A stretch of DNA of 64,000 nt. It comes from Candidatus Latescibacterota bacterium (lineage in GTDB: Bacteria; Latescibacterota; UBA2968; GCA-2709665). Below are positions 1 through 10,010 of the stretch, piece by piece. The position numbers and the translations under genes were made by a program. Each line of letters begins with the position of its first letter. The first letter of the stretch is position 1. The stretch lies in NCBI GenBank assembly GCA_965205485.1, contig OZ242180.1, forward strand, positions 4,928,001-4,992,000, read 5' to 3'. The notes beneath the pieces were generated by a model. It did not search any database and had not been told where the DNA came from. It saw only the letters and a program-made list of their open reading frames with translations.

Positions 1-129
1 CCCTTTGCCGATATGGTCAGCCACACCATCCCGCTGGACCGGGTACCCGAGGGCTTCAACGCCCTCGCGGGCAGCTACCGTCTGGACGGCAGGGACGCCA
101 TCAAAATCGCGGTATCCGGAAGTCTTTAG
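1..129 (+). CDS. 3' end of a gene, possibly a zinc-binding dehydrogenase (partial)
   Basis: Frame 1 reads PFADMVSHTIPLDRVPEGFNAL...DAIKIAVSGSL*, like an MDR-family C-terminus; truncated by the window edge. Confidence 0.55.
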   Translation, partial: PFADMVSHTIPLDRVPEGFNALAGSYRLDGRDAIKIAVSGSL

Positions 130-164
130 CTGGACACTGCTCCTCACCCGGTTCCGACATCCGA

Positions 165-2132
165 ATGACGCTGCGCGCGCTCCTCATCGGCCTGGCCATG
201 GCCGTCTGGGTCAACCTCTGGCCCACCTACTCCAGCCTCATTGCGCATTCCTCGCGCGCCGACTACGCGCACCTGTCGGTGGCCCTGCTGATTCCCTTCA
301 TCTGCCTGCTCGGCCTCAACCTCCCTCTGTACCGGCGCGGCCGCGGCCTGTCTGCCTCGGAACTGCTGGCCATCTGCTGTATCGGAATGGTTGCCGCGAC
401 GATGCAGGGAGAATGGCTTTCGGGTTATCTGCTGGGCGTGGTGACGGCGCCCACCTACTTCGCCTCGCCCGAGAATCAATGGTCCGACCACCTGCTGGCC
501 AGGATCCCGTCGTGGTCCGTTGTCTCGGATCCGGCGGCCACCACCGGCTTCTACGAGAGTCTGTTCAAGGGCCAGGAGTTCCCCTGGGGCGCATGGGCGT
601 CGCCGGTCTTCTGGTGGGCAGGTTTTCTTGGATCGGTGCTTACCGTCAGTTTCTGCCTGGTTGTGATTCTGCGGAAACAGTGGATGGACAACGAACGCCT
701 CACGTTCCCGATCGCCACCGCCGTGCTGGAGCTCACGGGGGTTTCCGGCTCCGAACGCAGTCTTTCCACCCTGGTCCGGTCTCGCCTGTTCCGGTTCGGT
801 TTCTGGCTGATCGTCGCCATCTTCTGCTGGAACATCGCGACCTGGTTCGTCAGGGCCATTCCCGTCCTGGACGTACCCATGACCGTCCTCAGCCGCAAGG
901 TGATCCGGATCGGCCAGGGGTTCCCCTACTTCGCGTTTTCCATTCATCCGATGACAATCGCGTTCGCGTATTTTACGGAATCGAGCGTGCTGTTCAGCAT
1001 CTGGCTCTTTCACCTGCTGGCCATTCTGCAGGTCGGCGTCTTCAATCGCCTGGGATTCAGCATCGGCAGTTCGGACATGTGGTGCTCCTTCGACCCCGCC
1101 ATCGGCTGGCAGAGCTTCGGCGGTCTCACCGTCTTTGCGGGATGGGGCCTCTGGGTTGCGCGAAGCCACCTGGCCGCCGTATTCAGAAAAGCATTCGCGC
1201 GTGCACAGGATGCAAAACATGCTGAAGGATCCGGCCATATCGACGACTCGAAGGAGCTCATTTCCTACCGCGCGGCGGTGTACCTGCTCCTGGCCGGCTG
1301 CGCCTACCTGCTCGTGTGGATGTTCCGCGCGGGGATGGCCGCCGGGCCCCTGCTCGCCTTCTGGTTCGCCACCCTCGTACTCTACCTGGGCCTGGCGCGC
1401 ATCATCGTGGAAAGCGGCCTCGTGTACCTGAGGGGACCCATTACGGCGCAGGCGTTCACGTGGCACCTGTTCGGCATTTCCGGGATGGGCGCGCACAGCG
1501 CGGTTGCCCTCGGCCTGACCTACACGTTCTTCTGCGATGCGAAGACCTGGGCGATTACCGCCCTCGCCCACATACCAAGGCTGGGCATGGCGATGAGACC
1601 CGAACGGCGGCGCCTGCTTGCGCCCGGCGTCCTCCTGGGCGCCCTGGCCGGCGCCCTCTCCGTCATCGGCTTCATCTTCTACCACGGCTACTATGGCGTG
1701 GGCAGCTATAACTTCGGCGTGGTCAGCTTCAACGGATCCGGCGACGGCGCCGTGGGTATCTGGCGATACACCGCCGCGCGCATCCAGGAAGGGACCGCCG
1801 GCACGAGCTGGGACCGCGTCGGGTTTTTCGCCATCGGTGCCGCGTTCACCGGCCTCCTCGTCTTCCTGAGATACCGCTTTCCGGGATTCCCGGTCCACCC
1901 AATCGGCTTCACCATTTCCGCCTCCAACGTGCTCCGAAGCAGCGTCACCTCCATATTCATCGCATGGCTCACCAAAGCGCTGATCATGAGATTCGGCGGC
2001 CTCAACAGCTACCGGCGAATGGCGCCGCTCTTTCTCGGGATGTTCATGGGATATCTTGCGGGCGTGGGCCTGGGCGTGGTCGCGGACGTCGTCTGGTTCA
2101 ACGGGGACGGGCACAAGCTGAACGACTGGTAG
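165..2132 (+). CDS. Polytopic membrane protein, DUF6785/DUF6784-like (putative peptide transporter)
   Basis: 655 aa with many hydrophobic segments; motifs QWMDNERLTFPIA and FPVHPIGF typical of this family. Confidence 0.7.
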   Translation: MTLRALLIGLAMAVWVNLWPTYSSLIAHSSRADYAHLSVALLIPFICLLGLNLPLYRRGRGLSASELLAICCIGMVAATMQGEWLSGYLLGVVTAPTYFASPENQWSDHLLARIPSWSVVSDPAATTGFYESLFKGQEFPWGAWASPVFWWAGFLGSVLTVSFCLVVILRKQWMDNERLTFPIATAVLELTGVSGSERSLSTLVRSRLFRFGFWLIVAIFCWNIATWFVRAIPVLDVPMTVLSRKVIRIGQGFPYFAFSIHPMTIAFAYFTESSVLFSIWLFHLLAILQVGVFNRLGFSIGSSDMWCSFDPAIGWQSFGGLTVFAGWGLWVARSHLAAVFRKAFARAQDAKHAEGSGHIDDSKELISYRAAVYLLLAGCAYLLVWMFRAGMAAGPLLAFWFATLVLYLGLARIIVESGLVYLRGPITAQAFTWHLFGISGMGAHSAVALGLTYTFFCDAKTWAITALAHIPRLGMAMRPERRRLLAPGVLLGALAGALSVIGFIFYHGYYGVGSYNFGVVSFNGSGDGAVGIWRYTAARIQEGTAGTSWDRVGFFAIGAAFTGLLVFLRYRFPGFPVHPIGFTISASNVLRSSVTSIFIAWLTKALIMRFGGLNSYRRMAPLFLGMFMGYLAGVGLGVVADVVWFNGDGHKLNDW

Positions 2133-2200
2133 CCGCTGCCACAATTCCGGTGCGCCGGAAGCAAATCGTCCTTATCTTCCGGCTCCGGCCCCACAGAAGC

Positions 2201-2363
2201 GGATAGACGGGAGAAGGTAGAGGGGAGAGATTACCTGCCTATTGAGGTTTCTTCTCGTGCCGGAGGCAAAAAGGGAAAATATGGCGGGCTCGGTTTTCAT
2301 CTACCGTCTACCCTCTTACCTCTACCCGCCTTTTTTCTACCGTCTCACGTCTTGCGTCTACCC
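2201..2363 (+). repeat. Dispersed repeat family A, copy 1
   Basis: Core GGAGAGAT..CCTGC.....TGAGGTTTC...TGCCGGAGGCAAA flanked by GGTAGA / TCTACC runs; recurs at 12084, 16034 (inverted) and 22544 (inverted). Confidence 0.85.
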
Positions 2364-2438
2364 GAATCCAGGCTTTTTGTGGCCGATTCAAACTGTTGTC
2401 TTTTTTCAACTTGTGGTTTATCCCGGAAGGCGAATCCC

Positions 2439-3998
2439 GTGACTTTCGATCTTCTCATCCGCAACGGCACCGTGGTTGACGGGACCGGACTCAAGGAGCC
2501 GTTCATTGCGGACGTCGCCGTTCAGGGCGACCGTATCGCCGCCGTGGGTCGCCTGGCGGATGCCCGCGCGGAACGTGAGATCGATGCCCGCGGCCACGTG
2601 GTCTGCCCGGGCTTCATCGACGTCCACGTGCATTGCGAACCCGCCCTCCTGACCGGATGCCACCGGTTCGCCGGCGTCGTACAGGGCATTACCACAATGC
2701 TTCTTGCGCCGGACGGATTCGGATGGGCCCCGTTGCCTCCGGACCTTCGCGGCCAGATGTGGGAATATACCCGGTTCATCGCCGGTTCTGCCGACATCGA
2801 ACTCACCTGGGAAACCATCGAAGACTACCTGGACCTCTTTCCCGGCAACAGCCCGTGCAACGTCTACCCGCAGGTGCCCCACTGCGCCGTGCGCCTCAAC
2901 GTCTGCGGCTGGTCCGCCGGTCCGGCCACGGACTCGCAGATCGACGCGATGGCCGACCTGGTGCGCCAATGGATGGATGCCGGCGCGGGCTGCCTCTGTC
3001 TGGGCCTGGACTACCAGCCGAGCGCGAATTCGGACCTGCGCGAACTGGTCGCACTCTGCAAAGTGGCGGCGTCCTACGGGGGCATCTACGCGGCCCACAT
3101 TCGAAACCATCTTCTCGGCAGGGCGGAGGCATGGAAGGAAACCTTCGAGATTTTCCGGCAGTCCGGCATCCCTGTCCACCACTCCCACGAACGGGCCGAC
3201 CGGGAGGGCGCCGAGCTTCTCGATCTCGCCGACCGCGAGGGCATCGACCTCAGCTTCGAGTCCTACCTCTATCCCGCCGGGATGTCTCACATGACCATCA
3301 TGCTCCCCATCCCGGACCAGGTCGGCGCCCCGTCTGACGTTCTTGAACACCTTGCGGACCCGGACGTAAGGGAACGCATCCTGCCACACCTTCGCGGCTG
3401 GCTGGGCGCGTGCGACCAGGTGGTCGGCCATACCCGCTCCGGGCGCTACATCGGCGCCACCCTGTCGGACCTGGCCACCGGTGCAGGCGTCGCTCCGGAG
3501 GAATTCGCCTTCGATCTCATCCTGGAGGAGGACGGCCAGTCCACCTACATTTTCCCCTGGCAGGATGCGCCCGAGACCATCGAAGACACGATCAGGAACA
3601 CCGTCAACCACCCGCGAATGATGATCGCGAGCGACGGCGTCTACAACGTGCGTCATCCCCACCCCCGGGGTTTCGGGTGTTTCGCGCGCGTGCCCGGCGT
3701 ATTCGTCCGAGAGAAGGGCCTGGTCTCTCTCGCGGAAGCCATCCACAAAATGAGCGGTTTCCCCGCCGACCGGTTCGGCCTTGCCGACCGCGGGGAGATC
3801 GCCGCCGGGAAGGCCGCCGACATCGTGATCTTCGATCCCCGGACCGTCAATGCGACCGCCACGTTCGAGAACCCCACCGGGGGTCCGGTAGGAATCCCGT
3901 GGGTACTGGTCAACGGAGAGCCGGCGGTGGAAGGCGGCGCCCCAACCGGCGCGCTCCCGGGCCGGGTGCTGCGCCGCAACGCCTCGTCCGCCGGTTGA
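2439..3998 (+). CDS. N-acyl-D-amino-acid deacylase (D-aminoacylase) family amidohydrolase
   Basis: FDLLIRNGTVVDGTG, PGFIDVHVH, HPHPRGFG and GKAADIVIFDP motifs; GTG start at 2439 chosen from the homologous N-terminus. Confidence 0.85.
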   Translation: MTFDLLIRNGTVVDGTGLKEPFIADVAVQGDRIAAVGRLADARAEREIDARGHVVCPGFIDVHVHCEPALLTGCHRFAGVVQGITTMLLAPDGFGWAPLPPDLRGQMWEYTRFIAGSADIELTWETIEDYLDLFPGNSPCNVYPQVPHCAVRLNVCGWSAGPATDSQIDAMADLVRQWMDAGAGCLCLGLDYQPSANSDLRELVALCKVAASYGGIYAAHIRNHLLGRAEAWKETFEIFRQSGIPVHHSHERADREGAELLDLADREGIDLSFESYLYPAGMSHMTIMLPIPDQVGAPSDVLEHLADPDVRERILPHLRGWLGACDQVVGHTRSGRYIGATLSDLATGAGVAPEEFAFDLILEEDGQSTYIFPWQDAPETIEDTIRNTVNHPRMMIASDGVYNVRHPHPRGFGCFARVPGVFVREKGLVSLAEAIHKMSGFPADRFGLADRGEIAAGKAADIVIFDPRTVNATATFENPTGGPVGIPWVLVNGEPAVEGGAPTGALPGRVLRRNASSAG

Positions 3999-4031
3999 CC
4001 GGAGGGTTTCCATTCGAAAGGAAGACCCGTC

Positions 4032-7000
4032 ATGCTGATATTCGCCTTCGCACTCGTCCTGTTCCTCGTTGCAATCCGGCCTGATCCGGCGGCGGCGGAC
4101 CCCGTCATTCCGCCGGACCTGGACGAGACCGACGTGAAACGCCTGCGTCGAAATCTCCAACCGGTTCTCACGCTCTCCGACAGCGAAATACTGCGCCTCA
4201 TCCCCGACCGCTCGGGCATCTACTTCGTGGACTGCCCCAACTGCGACGGCGGCGCGCAGGAGGGCCAGATCGACTGGACCATCGACGACCCGGACCGTGT
4301 TTTCTGCAAATACTGCGGCCTGAAATATCCCAACGAAAAATTCCCGGACACCGACACGCTGAGCGTGGTCAACCCCGTTGGCGAGACCCAGGAATATCCC
4401 TATTGGGAGGACGAAACCGGGTACAGACATTTCTTTCAGGCCAAGGGATGGTACCGGGCGCGGGCCTACTTCGCCGGCGCGGCCCACGACCTGGCGGCGC
4501 TCCACTTTGCAACCGGAGACACCTCCTTCGCCCGCCGCGCGGCCCTCATTCTGAACCGGTTCGCCGAGGTCTATCCCGGGTACTGCGTCCACCACGACCT
4601 GCCCTTCCGGCAGAAGATCATCTTTCCCGGAAGCCAGGGGTTTCCCTACCCGGTCCAGGACTACCGCGCCTCCAAGTGGGACTGGTGGGCGTACATGGAC
4701 ATTCCCGAGAATCTGATCTACACGTACGACCTCATCCGGGACAGCGGAGAACTCGACAGCACGATGGTCCGGCGTATCGAAGACGGGTTCTTCCACGCCA
4801 GCGTGGCCTTCATCCGGGGCTTCCCGCCCGCGCTGGGCAATATGGACCCCACGCTGCTTCGCGGCATGGTCGCGGCAGGACGGGTCCTGGAGGAACCGGA
4901 CTATATCCACGACGCGGTCGACCGGATCGAGAGACTTATCGCCGCCAACTTCTTCGTGGACGGCGTATGGCGCGAAGGCGCGATTTCCTATCACAACCAG
5001 ACCATCGGCGGGCTGCGGCAGGTGATGGAGAGACTGAACGGTTACAGCGATCCCGAGGGATACGTCCACCCCGTCGACGGCGAACGCTACGACAATCTGG
5101 ACCTGAACGCCCGCTTTCCCATCCTGACAAAAGCCGCGGGCATCCCCGAGCTTCTCCGCTATCCCAACGGCCGCGTGGTGCCCACCCACGACACGTGGGC
5201 GAAGGGGCGGCAAGACCCCCCTGAAACATCCGGCCCCCTGCTCCTGCCCGGTATGGGACACGCCCGCCTCGATATGGGAAGGGGCGAAAACCAGACCCAG
5301 ACCTATCTCCACTTCTCCGGCGGATACGGCCACCAGCACGCCGACCTCCTTAGCCTCACTCTCTACGCGCGCGGGCAGGAACGGCTGAGCGATATCGGCT
5401 ATACCCACACGCGCCACCGGTGCTGGACCCTCTCCACGCTGTCGCACAACACGGTTGCCGTGGACGGCAATGACCAGGCATACGGCTCCGGAAACGCCCC
5501 GTCGGACGGCAACCTCCTTCTGTTCGCGCCGCACAGCGACACGTTTCAGGCGATCGAAGCCTCCGGCGACCGCGCCTATCCGGGCGTGACCTCGGTTTAC
5601 CGCCGGCTGCTGATCCAGGTCGGCATCTCGCCCGAACAGTCCTACGTGGTCGACCTGTTCAGGGTCGCCGGCGGTCATCGCCACGAATATATCCTCACCG
5701 GCGACGCCGACCACGAAGGCGCGGTCGACGTCGACCTGCCCGACGCGCCCCACGGGAACACGCTTCTCCCGGATGGCGTGACCGCCACGCTGCCCACCGG
5801 CGAGAGCGTCAAGGGCGACGCCGGGGGCCACAACCTGGGATACGCGTTCATCCGCGAGGTGCGCCGCGCCGACGTGACCCGGCCCTGGACCGCGACGTTC
5901 ACCAGCGCGGCCGAGCCGGCCGGTTCCGTCCGGGTACACAGCCTGACCCGCCCCGGCGGAGACCTCTTCACCGCGCGGGCGCCGTCCATTCGAAACGCCG
6001 ATGAGGATGACGTCCGGCTGGACGAGATTACCATGCCGATGCTGGTCCACCGTCGCGAAGGCGAGAACCTCTCCACCCTCTTTGGCACGGTCCTGGAACC
6101 GGTCGGCGACCGTCCGGCCGTCACTCGCGTGGAACGCCTCGACGCGGACGGCGCATCGGATACGGATATCGCGCTCAGGGTCGTCTCCGGCGAGGTTACC
6201 GACTACATACTGTCCGCGACGGACGAAAGCCGGTCGCTCAGCACCGGAGACCTCAGGTTCCGCGGGCGCATCGGCTTCGTCCGGGAACGAAACGGCGAAG
6301 TCGAAGAGATGATCCTGATCGGCGGCACGCTGCTCGAAAAGGGCGGACGCAGGCTCGGCGGCCGCGGAACCCGCAGCGGCGCCGTCCTGGGGACCACGCG
6401 AAAGGCCGCGGGAGACGACGCGGACGGAATCCACGTCGATACCGAATTGCCAACCGGCGTGGACCTCGTGGGCCTCACCGCCGTTGTCACCGACGGCGAC
6501 GGATTCACGTACGGCCACAAGATAAAGGGCCTGCAGCACCTTGAAGACGGCGGCACGTTGCTGGAACTGGAGGACGATCCGGGGTATGAAATCACCGCGG
6601 ACGGAGGCCGGCTCCTGTTCTTCCCCGGACGGTCCTGGAAGGGACCCGCTCAGGTGGAAATACCTACCGTGGCCAGCCTGCGCATCAACACGTCCGGCGT
6701 CAATGCCACCCGAACCGGGGACTGGATCAATCTGGTCCACAACGCGCCGTTCTCGCCGCGCGACACCTCCGAAGACGTCGTATTCCAGGACAAGCTCTGG
6801 ATCAGCAATGCCTATTACCACGCCGGCATCCTCACCCGGGACCTCTGGAATTCATCCGACGGCGTCAGCTGGCATCTGGTCAGCGAAGCCACGCCGTACG
6901 ACGGCTACAGCGAAATGACGGTCTACAGGGACCGCATCTGGGCGGTGAAGGGAAGCGTCTGGAACTCCCCGGACGGCCTTGAGTGGTCCCGGGTTCTGGA

Positions 7001-7577
7001 AGAAACCCCCTTCGGTTCGCGCGGTTACGGCGAACTTCTGGTGTTTCGCGACCGGATGTGGCAACTCGGCAGCGGCAGCGACGTGTGGCGCACCGATGAC
7101 GGCATCGCGTGGATCCGCGCCGCGACCGACGCCCCGTACGGAAAGCGGTCCGCAACCGCCGTGGCTGCGTACGACGGCCGGCTGTGGGTGATGGGCGGCC
7201 GCAGAGTCCAGCCCAACGATCCGCCGGAGAAAGGCTATCCCGACTACACCACCCTCAACGACGTCTGGTCTTCGGAGGACGGCGTCAACTGGACTCGGGT
7301 GCTCGAACACGCCCCGTGGTCGCCGCGGATGTGGTTCATTCCGAAAGTCTACGCGGGCAGGCTCTGGATCATCGGGGGGTACGACAACGTCAACTCCACG
7401 AACCTGGGGGATGTCTGGTTCACCGATAACGGCCGGGACTGGCACGAGTTCAAGCCCCGGACCCGCTTTTCGCCGCGTCACGAATCCACGTGCTACGTAT
7501 TCCGGAACAGCCTCTGGGTTGTCGCGGGCAATACCTGGCCGGTGGTAAACGACGTCTGGCGCCTGACGCTGCCCTGA
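4032..7577 (+). CDS. Secreted heparinase II/III-like protein with C-terminal Kelch-type propeller
   Basis: Signal peptide; EGAISYH, GHQHADLLSL and TLSHNTVAVDG lyase-family motifs; repeated (N)DVW.S.DG..W units at the C-terminus. Confidence 0.75.
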   Translation: MLIFAFALVLFLVAIRPDPAAADPVIPPDLDETDVKRLRRNLQPVLTLSDSEILRLIPDRSGIYFVDCPNCDGGAQEGQIDWTIDDPDRVFCKYCGLKYPNEKFPDTDTLSVVNPVGETQEYPYWEDETGYRHFFQAKGWYRARAYFAGAAHDLAALHFATGDTSFARRAALILNRFAEVYPGYCVHHDLPFRQKIIFPGSQGFPYPVQDYRASKWDWWAYMDIPENLIYTYDLIRDSGELDSTMVRRIEDGFFHASVAFIRGFPPALGNMDPTLLRGMVAAGRVLEEPDYIHDAVDRIERLIAANFFVDGVWREGAISYHNQTIGGLRQVMERLNGYSDPEGYVHPVDGERYDNLDLNARFPILTKAAGIPELLRYPNGRVVPTHDTWAKGRQDPPETSGPLLLPGMGHARLDMGRGENQTQTYLHFSGGYGHQHADLLSLTLYARGQERLSDIGYTHTRHRCWTLSTLSHNTVAVDGNDQAYGSGNAPSDGNLLLFAPHSDTFQAIEASGDRAYPGVTSVYRRLLIQVGISPEQSYVVDLFRVAGGHRHEYILTGDADHEGAVDVDLPDAPHGNTLLPDGVTATLPTGESVKGDAGGHNLGYAFIREVRRADVTRPWTATFTSAAEPAGSVRVHSLTRPGGDLFTARAPSIRNADEDDVRLDEITMPMLVHRREGENLSTLFGTVLEPVGDRPAVTRVERLDADGASDTDIALRVVSGEVTDYILSATDESRSLSTGDLRFRGRIGFVRERNGEVEEMILIGGTLLEKGGRRLGGRGTRSGAVLGTTRKAAGDDADGIHVDTELPTGVDLVGLTAVVTDGDGFTYGHKIKGLQHLEDGGTLLELEDDPGYEITADGGRLLFFPGRSWKGPAQVEIPTVASLRINTSGVNATRTGDWINLVHNAPFSPRDTSEDVVFQDKLWISNAYYHAGILTRDLWNSSDGVSWHLVSEATPYDGYSEMTVYRDRIWAVKGSVWNSPDGLEWSRVLEETPFGSRGYGELLVFRDRMWQLGSGSDVWRTDDGIAWIRAATDAPYGKRSATAVAAYDGRLWVMGGRRVQPNDPPEKGYPDYTTLNDVWSSEDGVNWTRVLEHAPWSPRMWFIPKVYAGRLWIIGGYDNVNSTNLGDVWFTDNGRDWHEFKPRTRFSPRHESTCYVFRNSLWVVAGNTWPVVNDVWRLTLP

Positions 7578-7640
7578 GACACAACAAGGGGCCGTACTCG
7601 GACAGTTAAAGAGCTGAAAGGACACGCCACTACTCCCGTC

Positions 7641-8075
7641 ATGTCCCGCGTCAAACTCGAGCTCCCTGAAACCTTCGTCTACGCCACCGATATCCGCCTT
7701 CGGATCTCCGACATCAACTACGGCGGGCATATGGACAACAACGCCGTGCTCTCCCTCGTCCACGAGGCGCGGGTGCGATTCCTCGAAAGCCACGGCTACA
7801 GCGAACTGAACGTGGACGGGGTGGGCATCATCATGGTCGACGCGGTCATCCAGTACAAGTCCGAAGCCTTCTATGGTCAGACGCTGACTTTCGAAGTCGC
7901 GGTTGACGGAATGAGCCGCATCGGATGCGACATCTTCTACCGCATAACCGACGGGGCCACGGGCCGCGAAGTCGCCCGTGCCAAGACCGGGATCGCCTTT
8001 CTCGACTACGACACCCGGAAACCGAAGCGGATGCCCGAAGGGTTCCGGAGCCTGTTCGCGGCCGGGGAATCTTGA
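7641..8075 (+). CDS. Acyl-CoA thioesterase (4HBT/FcbC-like hot-dog fold)
   Basis: RISDINYGGHMDN...EAR motif, 144 aa. Confidence 0.85.
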   Translation: MSRVKLELPETFVYATDIRLRISDINYGGHMDNNAVLSLVHEARVRFLESHGYSELNVDGVGIIMVDAVIQYKSEAFYGQTLTFEVAVDGMSRIGCDIFYRITDGATGREVARAKTGIAFLDYDTRKPKRMPEGFRSLFAAGES

Positions 8076-8100
8076 CAACCTCAAAGCGGTTATATATATT
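8072..8100 (+). promoter_or_regulatory. Sigma70-like promoter of tRNA-Leu(CAG)
   Basis: TTGACA (8072-8077), 17 nt spacer, TATATT (8095-8100). Confidence 0.65.
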
Positions 8101-8145
8101 TAGATTTCGGTCTGAGGGTTCCGGCCCCGGACCCCGGGCGCATGT

Positions 8146-8233
8146 GCCGAAGTGGTGGAACTGGTAGACGCGCTGCGTTCAGGGCGCAGTGAGCCTTGTG
8201 CTCGTGGGGGTTCGAATCCCCCCTTCGGCACCA
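8146..8233 (+). tRNA. tRNA-Leu(CAG)
   Basis: GCCGAAG acceptor stem, D-loop TGGTAGAC, anticodon arm CTGCG-TTCAGGG-CGCAG, long variable arm, GTTCGAATC, encoded CCA. Confidence 0.97.
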
Positions 8234-8240
8234 GAAAAAC

Positions 8241-8272
8241 AACGGGTTACGCCAATCTGGCGTAACCCGTTT
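8241..8272. terminator. Intrinsic terminator between tRNA-Leu and convergent pheT
   Basis: AACGGGTTACGCCA-AT(C)-TGGCGTAACCCGTT hairpin flanked by A-rich and T-rich tracts. Confidence 0.8.
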
Positions 8273-8307
8273 CTGTGTTTCGATCCCCGCCTCTCGCCCG
8301 GCATCAA

Positions 8308-9993
8308 TCAGCGTTGATCTCCCGCGATATCGATGTTGACTTCGAACGCGCTCACGGGTACCGATACGCTCCAGTGCTCCAGGACTTCGGGATGGACTTC
8401 GCCGATGATGCCGTAGCTTTCGCCACCCACCCGGATTTCCCCGGCCCGTCCCGGAAGGAAAGTGGGATGCTCCGAAGGCGTGAGGTCATAATCAAATCCG
8501 AGGTAGTAGGCAATGGCTTCGAGCCGGCTTTGAATTCCCGAGAGATTGGCCTCGGCGTGCGCCTCCAGCGCCGCGAGGCGGATTTCGGTGCGGGTGCCGT
8601 ACAGGTCGTCCGGAGCGACGACAGAGACCTCGCCCACCTCGAAGACATGGTGGGGATAAAGAGCCTTTCGGCTCGCCCCTTCCACGCGGAGCAGCCCGGG
8701 CAGCAGGGCGTTCCGGACCGCGCTGTAGTTGTCCGACATGGGGTTGGAAATCTCGACGATCGCGGCTTCGGTGTCACGCATTCGTTCCGTCAGGTCAACA
8801 CACGACGAGAGAATGGGCAGGAAGAGCTCCTGAAACCCGCATCCGACCATCAGGCCGCGGATGCGGTCCGCGAGGTCTTCCTCGGGCGCGGACTTGCCCA
8901 CCGTGAAATCGCGCGGCAATTCGGGTTCGAAGCTGTCGAAGCCCACGGCCACGATCACGTCCTCGATGAGGTCCACGGGATGCAGGATATCGTCCCGGTA
9001 CGGCGCCGGCCGCGCCCGTACGCGGGTGGGGTCGAGCCCGACGTCCCGGTATCCCATGGCGGCCAGGGCGGCTTCGATGCTTGCGTTGTCGATTCCGCCG
9101 CCGACGACGCGCCGCAGGTCGTCCAGGTCGACTTCCACCGGTACCGTCATATCCAGGGGGCACAGGATCTCCCGCCCGCGCGGCGTATCGTACGGATAGA
9201 CGACGTTGACAGGCAGGATGCGCCCGCCGCGGTCCCCCATGTTGGCGGCCATAATGGAAACCGAAAGGAGTACGGCGTCGAGCTCGGTGCCGGTGGCCTC
9301 GCAAAAGAGAAACGTGTCGCCGACCGCCACGGCGCCAGGGTTCCGGCTGTTGATCACGGGAGGCATGGAGAGGACGTCGCCCCTGCTGTCGGTGATGAGG
9401 GGAAATCTGCCGAAGCCTTCGAGCAGATGCGCGTAGGTCTGCCCGGTGGGGTGTTCGCTCAGGATTTCCCGAAGCGTCAGTTCCGTTTCCATGCCCAGCG
9501 GGACAAAGCGGGCCGTATCCGGGTCGGCGGCGGCGAAGTTGACGGGAAACACGACGTTGGAAGCGTCGTAAATGCCAATGGCCACGGCGCTTCGACCGCG
9601 CCCGTATCCTTCCGCCAGTTTTTCCTGGGCTTCGATGAGCTGCTCGAGGGCCGCCTCGTCCACCTCGATCCCTCTGCACGCAAAGGCGGCGATCCAGGGC
9701 CGGATGCCAATCAGGGAGGGATCGACGCGCAGTTCCAGGTCCGTCGCGGATTCCTCGAAAAAGGGATAGGACTCGTGCCTGCCGTTCCGATGCCCCCTGA
9801 GCAGCCTGGCGACCCCCTCGGACGACCAGAGATCCGGACGGTTGGTATCCTTCAGTTGAATCCTCAACCGGGAGTCGTCCTCGACCTTGACCTCGGCTTT
9901 GACAGCCTCCAGTGCGCGTTCGAGTTCGGGAAGGTCGTACTTCCGGCCCGCGAGTCGCTCGAGGTCCTGTCTGATGACGCTAATCGTGGGCAT
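8308..9993 (-). CDS. pheT: Phenylalanine--tRNA ligase beta subunit, short archaeal/spirochaete type
   Basis: 561 aa; DTNRPDLWSSEG, SMPPVINS, PYRDDILHPVDLIED and EISNPMS motifs; no N-terminal OB insert and no C-terminal FDX-ACB domain. Confidence 0.93.
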   Translation of the reverse strand: MPTISVIRQDLERLAGRKYDLPELERALEAVKAEVKVEDDSRLRIQLKDTNRPDLWSSEGVARLLRGHRNGRHESYPFFEESATDLELRVDPSLIGIRPWIAAFACRGIEVDEAALEQLIEAQEKLAEGYGRGRSAVAIGIYDASNVVFPVNFAAADPDTARFVPLGMETELTLREILSEHPTGQTYAHLLEGFGRFPLITDSRGDVLSMPPVINSRNPGAVAVGDTFLFCEATGTELDAVLLSVSIMAANMGDRGGRILPVNVVYPYDTPRGREILCPLDMTVPVEVDLDDLRRVVGGGIDNASIEAALAAMGYRDVGLDPTRVRARPAPYRDDILHPVDLIEDVIVAVGFDSFEPELPRDFTVGKSAPEEDLADRIRGLMVGCGFQELFLPILSSCVDLTERMRDTEAAIVEISNPMSDNYSAVRNALLPGLLRVEGASRKALYPHHVFEVGEVSVVAPDDLYGTRTEIRLAALEAHAEANLSGIQSRLEAIAYYLGFDYDLTPSEHPTFLPGRAGEIRVGGESYGIIGEVHPEVLEHWSVSVPVSAFEVNIDIAGDQR

Positions 9994-10010
9994 TCACGCT
10001 CCTTTATCCG

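Noticed and set aside
2418..6821. 1467-aa minus-strand ORF and similar long antisense ORFs (144-2144, 8275-10269, 13031-15409, 18981-20405, 54593-55945)
   Set aside because: Shadow frames of well-supported genes on the opposite strand in GC-rich DNA; no recognisable motifs
8146..8233. tRNA-Leu as a prophage or island integration site
   Set aside because: No integrase; the only other copy of its 3' end is the second intact tRNA-Leu
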